A stretch of 64,000 nucleotides of DNA, taken from an uncultured delta proteobacterium. GTDB taxonomy: Bacteria > Myxococcota > Myxococcia > Myxococcales > Anaeromyxobacteraceae. A program made the translations under genes and the position numbers. Where the stretch lies: NCBI GenBank assembly GCA_963814585.1, contig CAWFDF010000012.1, positions 192,001 to 256,000 of the forward strand, written 5' to 3'. Shown in pieces: positions 12,450-21,334 of this stretch (the stretch's first letter is position 1; each line of letters begins with the position of its first letter). Under the pieces are notes generated by a model that had not been told where the DNA came from, searched no databases, and saw only the letters and a program-made list of their open reading frames with translations.

Positions 12450-13798
12450 CGACCCCCCGCCGCTCCGGCTCCGGCCGCGCCGCCCGACCGGGCCATCGGC
12501 TCCGCCGCGGCGACGTGGTCGCCTTCCTCGGCCCCTCGCTCCCGGCCGCGGAGGCCCTCGCCCTCGGGCCGATCTCGCTCCGCCCGCCGGCCCGGGCCGG
12601 CGACGTCCACGCCCTGCTCCCGGCCCGGCCGCTCGCCATCGCCCTCGTCGACGGGCTCTTCGAGGCGGCGCCCTCGGTCTGGCACCACGAGCTGCTGGCG
12701 GCCCTCGCGGCCGGCGTGCAGGTCTTCGGCGGGGGCTCGATGGGCGCCCTGCGGGCCGCCGAGCTGGCCTCCCACGGCCTGGTCGGCGTGGGCCGGATCT
12801 TCGCCGGCTACCGCGACGGCACGCTCACCGGCGACGACGAGGTCGCGCTGCTCCACGCCTCGGCCGCGCACGGCCACCGGCCGCTCACCGTGCCGCTGGT
12901 CGACGTCCGGCGCGCCGTCGACGAGGCCCTGGCCGCCGGGCTCGTCGAGCCACGGGAGGCGGCGCGGCTGGTGCGCGGCGCCGCCGGCCTCTTCTACCAG
13001 GACCGGTCCTGGGCTCGGATCGTCGAGGCCGCCGGCCTCCCGGTGGACCGTGCCGCCGTGCTGCGCCGGTTCCTCCCCGGCGCTCCCTCGCAGAAGGCCG
13101 AGGACGCCCGCGCGACCATCGAGGCGGCGCTGGCCTGGGCCCGGGCGCGCCGTGCCGGCGCGCCGCCCCCGGCGTGCCCGCGGCGCCCGCCCCCGCCGAC
13201 CCAGGCGCGGAGGCTGGCCCTCGACGCGGCGCGGGCGCTGGTGGGCCACGCCGAGGTGGCGGGGCGGGAGGTGCTGGCGGCGCTCGCGAGCCGGGCCGAC
13301 GCCGGGCGCCTGGCCGCCGACGGGCTGATGCGCCTGCTGCTCGCGGCGCAGGCCCGCTCGCTGGGGCTGGCCCCGGGCGAGGTCGAGGTGGCCGACGCCG
13401 AGCGGCGCTGGCTCGCGGCGCTCGGCGTTCGGGCCCGCGACCGGGATCGCTTCCTGGCCGCCTGCGCCCTCGACGACGGGGAGGCGCGGAGGCTGGCCGA
13501 GGGGCTGGCGCTGGAGGCGCGGCTTCGCGCCGAGGCCGCCCGGGCCATCCCCGACGGCCCCGGCTGGCTGGAGGGGCTGGCGCTCGGCGCCCGGCTCAGC
13601 GGGGCGTGGGCGACGGAGGCGGCGCGGCGGCGAGCGCCGGGCCGCCTTCGAAGGCGGCGCCTTCAGCGTCCTCGAGAAGAACTCGAGCTGCCGGCCGAGG
13701 GTCTGGACCACGTTCTCGCGCCGCTGGGCGCCGTGCCCCTCGGCGGGGCGAACGCCGGCCGGCACCCGGGGATGAGCAGCGGCCCGCACCCGGAGTAG
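12446..13798 (+). CDS. tfuA: TfuA-like protein with C-terminal helical extension; true 3' end uncertain (about 13640-13798)
   Basis: FLGPSL, PPARAGD, LVDGLF, SVWHHEL, GGSMGALRAAEL, GVGRIF, DDEVALLH. Confidence 0.9.
   Translation: MTTPRRSGSGRAARPGHRLRRGDVVAFLGPSLPAAEALALGPISLRPPARAGDVHALLPARPLAIALVDGLFEAAPSVWHHELLAALAAGVQVFGGGSMGALRAAELASHGLVGVGRIFAGYRDGTLTGDDEVALLHASAAHGHRPLTVPLVDVRRAVDEALAAGLVEPREAARLVRGAAGLFYQDRSWARIVEAAGLPVDRAAVLRRFLPGAPSQKAEDARATIEAALAWARARRAGAPPPACPRRPPPPTQARRLALDAARALVGHAEVAGREVLAALASRADAGRLAADGLMRLLLAAQARSLGLAPGEVEVADAERRWLAALGVRARDRDRFLAACALDDGEARRLAEGLALEARLRAEAARAIPDGPGWLEGLALGARLSGAWATEAARRRAPGRLRRRRLQRPREELELPAEGLDHVLAPLGAVPLGGANAGRHPGMSSGPHPE
13641..13658. other. 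Perfect 18-bp palindrome at the junction of tfuA and the convergent peptidase remnant
   Basis: gccgccttcgaaggcggc is its own reverse complement. Confidence 0.4.
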
Positions 13799-14200
13799 CT
13801 CGATGGCGAGAGCTTCACCAGCGCCTCGCGGTCCCCGCGGTCGCCGTACTCGGTGGCGCGGAGGATGCGGCGGGGGCGGGTTCTCCGGAAGGTGACCAGG
13901 TGGAATGCCGACGTTGGAGGCGCCGGCGTCGTAGGCCCCGGTGAACATGGTCATGCCGATGAGCGTCGAGTAGCCGCCGTAGCTGCCGCCCAGGATGCCC
14001 ACCTTCGGCTCGACGCCACCGGCGGCGAACGCCTTCCTGGCCCAGCGGGCGGCGTCCTCGATGTCGGGGCCGAGCCGCCTGGGCCCGTCGTCGGCCCGCA
14101 GCCAGGCCGCCGTGCCGAGCGAGCCGCGCACGTTGGGCTGCACCACCACGTACCCGGCGTCGACGTAGAGCTGGTCCCTGGGGCTGAAGCCCGGCTTCAC
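13650..14200 (-). pseudogene. Fragment of an S9 prolyl-oligopeptidase catalytic domain with many small deletions
   Basis: PNVRGS, DIEDAARW, GILGGSYGGY, shifted-frame TEYGD and KLSP, PRVPAG, EGHG. The propeller domain, start and stop are absent. Confidence 0.75.
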
Positions 14201-14230
14201 CCGACCGGCCGGGCGTGGCAGGCTGCGCCG

Positions 14231-15070
14231 ATGCCCTGCCGGACCCGCGCCGCGCTGCTCGCCCTGCTCCTCGCCCTCCCCGGGGCCGCCACGGCGCAGG
14301 CGCCATCGGCCGCCGTGCCCGGGGCCGCCGCGCCGCCCGCCGCCGTGACGCTGGATCCGCCCAGGCTCACCGTCGACCTCGGCGCCGCCGCGGCGGTCAC
14401 CGGCGCCGAGCTGGCGCTCATCGGCCTCTCCGTCGCCTTCAAGGACCAGCTGGCGGCGCCCACCTGCCGCTGGTGCGAGCCGCCCCAGCTCGACCGGTGG
14501 GCGCGCGGGGCGCTGCGCTGGGACGACACCCAGGCCGCCTCGACCGCCTCGGATGCCTTCCAGGTGCTCATCCCGGCCGGAGCCGCCGCCACGCTCTGGT
14601 ACCAGGCGGCGCCTCACGGCAACCGGGAGGTGGCGGAGGACCTGCTGGTGCTCGCCGAGTCGGCCACCACCGCGACGCTGCTGACGCAGGGGGCCAAGTA
14701 CGCGGTGGGGCGGCTGCGCCCCGACGCCTGGGCGCGCGGCACCATCGAGTCGGCCGACGACAAGCTCTCCTTCTGGTCGGGCCACACCAGCCTCGCCTTC
14801 AGCACCGCCGCGGCGGCCACCCAGATCGCCCGGCTGCGCGGCCGGCCGGGCTGGACCTGGCTGGCGGCGGCGACCTTCGGCGCGGCGGCCCTCACCGGCT
14901 ACCTGCGCGTGGCGGCCGATCGCCACTGGCTCACCGACGTGGTCACCGGGGCGGCGGTGGGGACCGCCACCGGCCTGGTGGTCCCGCTGCTCGCCTACCA
15001 GCCCGCCGACGGGCGCAAGCCGGCCGTGATGCTGGCTCCTGCACCGGGTGGACTGGCGGTGGTATTCTGA
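14231..15070 (+). CDS. PAP2 family phosphatase
   Basis: KYAVGRLRP, SFWSGHTS, RVAADRHWLTDV; signal peptide. Confidence 0.9.
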   Translation: MPCRTRAALLALLLALPGAATAQAPSAAVPGAAAPPAAVTLDPPRLTVDLGAAAAVTGAELALIGLSVAFKDQLAAPTCRWCEPPQLDRWARGALRWDDTQAASTASDAFQVLIPAGAAATLWYQAAPHGNREVAEDLLVLAESATTATLLTQGAKYAVGRLRPDAWARGTIESADDKLSFWSGHTSLAFSTAAAATQIARLRGRPGWTWLAAATFGAAALTGYLRVAADRHWLTDVVTGAAVGTATGLVVPLLAYQPADGRKPAVMLAPAPGGLAVVF

Positions 15071-15083
15071 GTTGCAGGCCCGC

Positions 15084-15395
15084 ATGAGCCCGACCGCCAC
15101 CACCGCCAGGCTGCAGGTGATCCACGCCGCCGATCCCGCGCTCCAGGACCAATCCTATGCCCTCGAGGGCGAGGTGACCATCGGCCGCGGCGAGGAGAAC
15201 ACCCTGGTGATCGCCTCGGACCAGGCCTCGCGCCGGCACGCCTGCATCCGGCCGGATGCCGGGGGACACCGGCTCGAGGACCTCGGCTCCACCAACGGCA
15301 CCTTCGTCAACTCGAGGCAGGTGAAGGATCATCGCCTGGTCCCCGGCGACGTGATCCGCGTCGCCTCGACGGTGCTCAAGTACGTGGTGGGCTGA
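15084..15395 (+). CDS. Stand-alone FHA domain protein
   Basis: IGRG...SRRHA...DLGSTNGTFVN...GDVIRV. Confidence 0.92.
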   Translation: MSPTATTARLQVIHAADPALQDQSYALEGEVTIGRGEENTLVIASDQASRRHACIRPDAGGHRLEDLGSTNGTFVNSRQVKDHRLVPGDVIRVASTVLKYVVG

Positions 15396-15411
15396 GGGGC
15401 GACGCGAGCGC

Positions 15412-16047
15412 ATGCGCGGCGTCGAGCAGATCCCCTGGCTCTACGATCTCGGCCTCGCGGTCGCCGAGCGGCTCGGCTTCGTCCGGTGGCGCCGCTGGCT
15501 CGCCGAGGGGGCGGCCGGGCGGACGCTCGATCTGGGCACCGGCACCGGCCGCAACCTCACCTGGTTCGCCGCCTCGGCGGCGGTGGTGGCGGTCGACCCG
15601 AGCCGGCACAACCTCCGCGCCGCCCTGGCCCGCAAGCCGGGCGCCCTGGTGGTCCTGGCCCGGGCCGAGGCGTTGCCGTTTCGCGACGGCGCCTTCGACA
15701 CCGTGGTCTCCGGAATGGTCTTCTGCTCGGTGGACGACCCGGCCGCCGGCTTCGCCGAGGTGCAGCGCCTGCTGCGGCCGGCCGGGACGCTCCGGATGAT
15801 CGAGCACGTCCGCTCGACCTCGGCGCTCGAAGCCTGGTGGCAGGATCTCATCCAGCCGGCCTGGACCTGGGCCGCCGGCGGCTGCCGCAACAACCGCGAG
15901 ACGGAGCGGGCGGTGGCGCTGGCCGGCTTCGAGATCGACCCGGCCTCCCACCGGGCCAGCGGCACGATGCGCCGGTTCGTGGCGCGGGTGCCGGCCCCTA
16001 TCCGAACGGCAGGCGGGCGCGCAGCTCCGGACCGGCCAGCACCCTGA
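15412..16047 (+). CDS. Class I SAM-dependent methyltransferase
   Basis: LDLGTGTG, AEALPFRDGAFDTVV, FCSVDDP, EHVRS. Confidence 0.9.
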   Translation: MRGVEQIPWLYDLGLAVAERLGFVRWRRWLAEGAAGRTLDLGTGTGRNLTWFAASAAVVAVDPSRHNLRAALARKPGALVVLARAEALPFRDGAFDTVVSGMVFCSVDDPAAGFAEVQRLLRPAGTLRMIEHVRSTSALEAWWQDLIQPAWTWAAGGCRNNRETERAVALAGFEIDPASHRASGTMRRFVARVPAPIRTAGGRAAPDRPAP

Positions 16048-17302
16048 GCCGGGCACCTCGATCCCGGAGCCCCGCCAGGATCCCGGCCGCCAGCGCCCTC
16101 TGGCCGGCGTGGACGTCGGGGCCATCCGCCCGGGAGGCCTCCTCGCCGTCCTCCGAGGCCCGCTTCACCAGGTTGTGGTCGGCGTCGATCTGGGTGGTCC
16201 CCGCCCCGAAGAACCGGCGCCGCAGCTCGCCCGCGCGGGCCCTGGCCCAGGGCGGCGTCCCGACGCGGAAGATCTGCAGGGTCCGGGTCGGCGCGACCGC
16301 CGCCCCCCAGCGCGCCTTGTAGTAGGCGAAGTCCCCGAGCAGGTTCATCGACGGGGCGCCGGCCTCGATGGCGTCGCCCACCGTCAGCACCTTGAGCAGG
16401 TTGCCCGGCCCCAGCGTGCCGAAGGCCTCGTCGTAGGTGGTCTCCTCCTCCGTCAGTCCGCCGTGGAAGGTGCCGTAGATGGCCGCCGCGACCGGCAGCC
16501 CGTCGAGGAGGAGGAAGGCGAAGGACAGCGCGTGGGGCGACCCGGGCGCGCACAGCGCCCTCATGAGCGCGGTGCGGGCCGGGTGCCGCCCCACCCCCTT
16601 GTCGCGCTTCCAGCCCCGCCCCTCGAGCTCCAGGTAGAGGTCGAGGAGCGGGAGGCGCGCCGCCGGGTCGTCCGAGGTCAGGTACTCGACCGCGCCGGCC
16701 TCCAGCAGCTTGCGGGCGCGCCGGGTGACGTTGAGGCGGTGCTTCTTGGAGAGCGACCTGAACCAGGCGCCGGCGTCGAGTCCAGCCAGCGGGATGGTGG
16801 CGTTGGGGACGCCGTCGAGCGTCCGCCAGTACCACCCGGCGAGGAGGTCCGGCGGCGGCGGGAGGAGCCCGGACGCCTCCTCCTGGGCCGCGAACTCGAT
16901 CGCGTCGATCCCTCGCGTCTCCCGCAGCAGGTGGCGGTAGAAGGCGCGGGACACGGCGGCCTCGTCCTCGACCCGCGCGATCGCGCTGGGGCGGTCGCTG
17001 TCGAACTTGACGAGGAACTCGACCCGGGTCGAGGGCAGGCCGACGACGCGCTGGCGAACGCGACGCAGGGGCAGCAGCCCCACCAGCTCCGACCCCCGCC
17101 AGGCGCCCAGGATCCAGGGCTGGCTGGCGGCGCCCGCGTACTCGTCGTTGGCGAGGAAGGCCTCGAGGTAGGAGGACGAGGTGTAGGGGGTGGGCCGCCG
17201 CGACGAGAGGTTCAGCCGGTCCACGGCGGCCAACATGCCGGGTCCAGCCGCGGCGAGGGACGTGTGGGGTTCGACTCGGAGATCCACGGGAGAGCTGCTC
17301 AT
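15998..17302 (-). CDS. GNAT/FemABX-fold protein of the CelD/BcsL (Acetyltransf_6) type
   Basis: LVGLLPL, SLSKKHRLNVTRRARKL, LDGLPVAA, YDEAFGTLGPG, GDFAYYKARW. Confidence 0.8.
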   Translation of the reverse strand: MSSSPVDLRVEPHTSLAAAGPGMLAAVDRLNLSSRRPTPYTSSSYLEAFLANDEYAGAASQPWILGAWRGSELVGLLPLRRVRQRVVGLPSTRVEFLVKFDSDRPSAIARVEDEAAVSRAFYRHLLRETRGIDAIEFAAQEEASGLLPPPPDLLAGWYWRTLDGVPNATIPLAGLDAGAWFRSLSKKHRLNVTRRARKLLEAGAVEYLTSDDPAARLPLLDLYLELEGRGWKRDKGVGRHPARTALMRALCAPGSPHALSFAFLLLDGLPVAAAIYGTFHGGLTEEETTYDEAFGTLGPGNLLKVLTVGDAIEAGAPSMNLLGDFAYYKARWGAAVAPTRTLQIFRVGTPPWARARAGELRRRFFGAGTTQIDADHNLVKRASEDGEEASRADGPDVHAGQRALAAGILAGLRDRGARLRVLAGPELRARLPFG

Positions 17303-17360
17303 CTCACAGGGCCCCCGGGTCGGCAAGGGCGGTCGGGCCGGCAGGGCTTCGGCGCACGGC

Positions 17361-17987
17361 CTACCTCGTCCCGGTGGGGTGGCCCGGGCGTCCTCTCAGG
17401 GCGCCGAGCTTGTAGGCGAACCAGGAATCCCGCGTGTAGCAGAAGAGGCTCAAGCGATCGACGGTGAAGCGATGGCGTGGCGTGGCCCGGTCGAGGGACC
17501 TCCGGGCCCTGGCGAACGCCTCCGGGGTCAGGCCGTGCGCCAGCGTGACGTGGAACCGGAAGCGGTCGCCCTCCTCCAGGGGGTAGGGCTGGATCCCCAG
17601 CCCCTCCGACAGGTCGTGGAGGATCCGCCGCCTCAAGGCCTCGAGCCGCGGCTCCGGCTCCACGCCGAGGAAGATGATCCCCTCGTCGAAGAAGTCGATG
17701 CCCTGGACGCAGACCTCGAAGGGCTCCACCTCCCCGACCAGGCGGTCGAAGTGGCGCTCGAACGGCTCGATGGAGCTGGCCGGGACGCCCAGCTTGAGCG
17801 TGATGTGCGGCGGGGTCGAGAGGGCCCGGTTCACGCCGTAGCCGGCCTCCAGCTCCACCTGCAGCCGGCGCATGGCGTTGCTGAGCTCGTCGCTCACCGG
17901 GAGGACGTAGGCGATCTCGAACGGGCCGCCCGCCGCGGCCGGCCTCCCGCGCAGCCGGTTCACCAGGCGCCGGACTCCGGGCGGCAC
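17361..17987 (-). CDS. 2H phosphoesterase (2'-5' RNA ligase/YjcG-like) family protein; start uncertain
   Basis: Two HxT motifs: PPHITLK and FHVTLA. Confidence 0.85.
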   Translation of the reverse strand: MPPGVRRLVNRLRGRPAAAGGPFEIAYVLPVSDELSNAMRRLQVELEAGYGVNRALSTPPHITLKLGVPASSIEPFERHFDRLVGEVEPFEVCVQGIDFFDEGIIFLGVEPEPRLEALRRRILHDLSEGLGIQPYPLEEGDRFRFHVTLAHGLTPEAFARARRSLDRATPRHRFTVDRLSLFCYTRDSWFAYKLGALRGRPGHPTGTR

Positions 17988-18211
17988 GGCCGTTCGCAGC
18001 CGGCGGAGCGCGGCCGGGGCGCGTCTGGGGGTGTCGCCGTCCAAGGGTGGGCTCTCTTCGAATCCGCTCTCAGCGTCGCATGCCGCCGACCACCGGGCAA
18101 GGCGAGGGCGCGCGGGCGCGCCACGGGAACGGCGGGCGAATTCGCTCCGTCGCCCCGTGGGCTCATGCCATCCTGTGGCCCGTCGGCCTCGCCAGATCGC
18201 CTCCCCGGGGG

Positions 18212-19606
18212 ATGAGAACCGTGCGCACCACCTACGTCATCCTGAACCCGCACGACGACTACTCGGCCCACATCATCGATCTCGTCTTCCACAAGTACGG
18301 CCTGCGGCCCATCTGCCTGTACACCGACCGGAAGCTGTCCTTCTACGCCCGGCCCAGGTACCCCATCCTCCAGTCCGAGCTGGTGGAGGCCGAGTACGTC
18401 GTCGACCCGGCGTCCCTGCCCGCCTTCGCCGCCGAGATCCGCCGCCGCTTCCGCGTGCTGGGCGTGGTGCCGGCCATCGAGCAGTGGGTCGAGCTGGCCG
18501 CCCGGCTCTCGGACCTGCTCGGCCTCGACTGGATGTCGGGGGAGACCCTGGCCAGGTTCCGCGACAAGAATGGCATGAAGACCTACCTGCGCCAGCACGC
18601 CCCGCACCTGCGAGTCCCCCGGACCACGCCGATCCGGACCGTGGAGGAGGTCCTGGCCACCAGCGGACCGGCCGCGGACCTCCGCGGCGCCGGCGACCGC
18701 TTCGTCCTCAAGCCGAACGACGGGACCGGGGGCGTCAACGTCGCCATCTTTCCCGCCAGCGTGTCGAGGGACACGGTGGCCGCCCACATGGCCAGGAGCC
18801 CCGGCCAGCGCTGGGCCATGGAGGAGTTCATCGGTGGCCGCGAGCTCGCCGTGAACGGCCAGGTCGGCCCGGACGGCCGCGGCATCGTCCTGGTGATCAC
18901 GGAGTACAGCCGCTTCCAGGTCAACGGCCGGGACAACGTCAGCGACAAGGACTTCAAGGTCGACCAGACCGATCCGGTCTTCGCCCCCGTCGAGAGGTAC
19001 GCGCTGGAGGTGGTGAGCGCGCTCGGGCTGCGGCGCTCGCCGTTCCACCTGGAGGTCAAGCTCGACGCCCGGGGGCCCTGCCTCATCGATCTGGGTGCGA
19101 GGCTCGTCGGGAACGGCGCCGCCTTCATGTGCGGCATGCTCCACCCCGGGCGCCCCGACCTCTTCGACCTGGCCGCGCACGGCTACCTGTTCGGCGACCG
19201 CTACGGGCTGGACCAGCCCATCGACTGGACCTGGTACAACGGCCACGCCTATGCGGCCCTCGACGGGGTCTCCGAGCGCGACGAGCTCATCACCACGCTC
19301 GACGGCGTCGAGGAGGTCGAGGCGCTCTCGCAGTTCGTCCGCTGGGAGCACAAGCCCCGGGTCGGTCAGCGGGTCCGCCGGACCCTCGACCTCTTCACCA
19401 TCCCGTGGGGCGTCGACCTGCTCGGGGAGGGGTCGACGGCGGACATGCTGGAGGTCTGCCAGCAGGTGCGCCAGGCCATCCGCTGGAACCGCCGCCGGGC
19501 CTCCCCGCGGGCCCTGGTCGCGGCCCATGGCCGGAACCTCGCCGGGAAGGCCCGGCCCAAGCTGCGCTGGCTCGCCCACCGCTACCTGGCCGGCCATCTC
19601 GGCTGA
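18212..19606 (+). CDS. ATP-grasp domain amide ligase
   Basis: RDKNGMK, VLKPNDGTGGVNV, MEEFIGGRELAVNG, FHLEVKL, LIDLGARLVG. Confidence 0.88.
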   Translation: MRTVRTTYVILNPHDDYSAHIIDLVFHKYGLRPICLYTDRKLSFYARPRYPILQSELVEAEYVVDPASLPAFAAEIRRRFRVLGVVPAIEQWVELAARLSDLLGLDWMSGETLARFRDKNGMKTYLRQHAPHLRVPRTTPIRTVEEVLATSGPAADLRGAGDRFVLKPNDGTGGVNVAIFPASVSRDTVAAHMARSPGQRWAMEEFIGGRELAVNGQVGPDGRGIVLVITEYSRFQVNGRDNVSDKDFKVDQTDPVFAPVERYALEVVSALGLRRSPFHLEVKLDARGPCLIDLGARLVGNGAAFMCGMLHPGRPDLFDLAAHGYLFGDRYGLDQPIDWTWYNGHAYAALDGVSERDELITTLDGVEEVEALSQFVRWEHKPRVGQRVRRTLDLFTIPWGVDLLGEGSTADMLEVCQQVRQAIRWNRRRASPRALVAAHGRNLAGKARPKLRWLAHRYLAGHLG

Positions 19607-19636
19607 TGGCGCCACTCACCTGGCCGGTCGGGGGCG

Positions 19637-21187
19637 TCACGCCGGCGGGCGCCCGCCCGGAGGTGGAGCGCGGCGCTTGAACCGGTCCGGGACCAGGTCG
19701 TAGATGCGCAGGGAGCGGAGCAGGCGCCCGGCCAGGGCCCTCGGGGAGACGGGCTCTCGCGGGTTGATCGGCTCGCCGAGGACGTCGCTCCAGAGGAAGC
19801 CGATGAGCGACCGGAAGAACCGGTAGCGCGGCGGCCGCCGCTCCCGCTCGCCGACGTCCAGCATCGTCCTGAGGAGCTTGCGGCAGTTGAGCGGGGCGAA
19901 CGACTCCTGGACGACGTCGTACTCGGCGCGGATCAGGGCCTGCCACCTCCCCGCCATCTGCTCCCAGCAGAAGAGGTCCAGCAGCGGGATGGTGGTGCCC
20001 TGGGCGCCGGCCAGCCACTCCCGGAAGGCCTCGATCGCGAACGGGAACTCGCCGATCTCGGTCAGGCGCGCCAGCTCCAGCGGCGAGACGGCCCGGCCCC
20101 CGCGCGTCCGGTAGTAGCACTTCACGATCTCGGCGACGTCGCCGGTGATGCAGACCCGATCGTCCGGATAGGCCTGGCGGATCGCCTGGACGTCGGCGCT
20201 CCAGGCCTCCTTGACCGCGTCGACGTTGGTCCGGCAGATCCGCCTGAAGTCCTGGTCGACCTGGTCGGGGTAAGGGAGGACGCGGTGGGGGACGCCGAGC
20301 CTGGCGAGCAGGCGGCGGGGAACGGCCACGTCCCGGGAGCCGGCCGGGGTGCCCGGCCCCAGCATGGTGTAGCAGGAGATGCGGTCGATCCGGTCCTTGC
20401 TGAGCGCCAGCATGAGGCGGCTGTCCCAGCCCGCCGTCATCGAGAGCACCAGTTCGAACCTGCGGCGGGCCGCCTCCAGCTGGCCCCGCAGCAGCCGCGC
20501 GCTCGCCGCCACGGGATCACCGTCGGCCATCACGGGCGGCGCCTGCAGTGGCCAGTACCGCCTGGGACGCCCGGTGCCGAGGTCGAGCAGGTGGTTGGGC
20601 AGCAGGGCGCGGACCTCGCGGTACGTCGTCCGATCGCCTGGCATCCAGAAGACCGAGCCGTCGCCGCCGATCCGCGACGACATGAAGTCGAGGGCGGCGG
20701 GGTCCCTGGCCAGCCCGAGCGCGGCGGCGATCAGGCCGGGCTGGCTGGCGGCCACCACCGCGGACGCCGAGGCGTCCCAGGCGAAGTGGACCTGCCGCTG
20801 CCCGGCCGCGTCGTGGAAGATCACGGTGTCGCGGCCGTCGTGGACGATCAGGGCCCAGCGACCGCCGAGGCCGTCGGTGCTCTCGATGCAGGCCTCCACG
20901 GGGCTGGCGTCCCGGAGCAGGGCCCGGAGGATGTCGGCGTTGGTCGCCTCCGGGTTCTCGGGGTCGAGCAGGTACCCGAGCAGCGTGATCGACCGCTCCG
21001 GGCCGCCGACCCGCGTCACCTCCAGGTCGGGGTGGACCGTCAGGAGGTTCCTTCCGTCGACGGCGACCCGGGTCCAGTCCGTCCGGCCGTCGAGGTACCG
21101 AGGGCCCAGGAAGAACTGCCGCCGGTAGCGGAGCCGCTCCAGCGATCCGTCCCGGAGGCCCCCGGCCTCCTCCACCCCTGCGCTCAT
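19637..21187 (-). CDS. Asparagine-synthetase-like adenylating enzyme lacking the Cys1 nucleophile
   Basis: Degenerate Ntn-like N-domain (GRWALIV...HDAAGQRQVHF; LLPNHLLDL); PP-loop-like SMTAGWDSR; WEQMAGRW; PLNCRKLL. Confidence 0.7.
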   Translation of the reverse strand: MSAGVEEAGGLRDGSLERLRYRRQFFLGPRYLDGRTDWTRVAVDGRNLLTVHPDLEVTRVGGPERSITLLGYLLDPENPEATNADILRALLRDASPVEACIESTDGLGGRWALIVHDGRDTVIFHDAAGQRQVHFAWDASASAVVAASQPGLIAAALGLARDPAALDFMSSRIGGDGSVFWMPGDRTTYREVRALLPNHLLDLGTGRPRRYWPLQAPPVMADGDPVAASARLLRGQLEAARRRFELVLSMTAGWDSRLMLALSKDRIDRISCYTMLGPGTPAGSRDVAVPRRLLARLGVPHRVLPYPDQVDQDFRRICRTNVDAVKEAWSADVQAIRQAYPDDRVCITGDVAEIVKCYYRTRGGRAVSPLELARLTEIGEFPFAIEAFREWLAGAQGTTIPLLDLFCWEQMAGRWQALIRAEYDVVQESFAPLNCRKLLRTMLDVGERERRPPRYRFFRSLIGFLWSDVLGEPINPREPVSPRALAGRLLRSLRIYDLVPDRFKRRAPPPGGRPPA

Positions 21188-21334
21188 CCCTCGGCCTCCA
21201 CGGTGTCGAGCGCCCCGCCGCATCCTGCGGGCCAGCCGGGCCACCTCGCGCCGGGCAGACTACCCCGTCCGTCGCCGTCCATGGGCCGCGCCGCTCGTAC
21301 CGTGCGCCGGGGACCCGGCGCCGGTGCTGCGACG

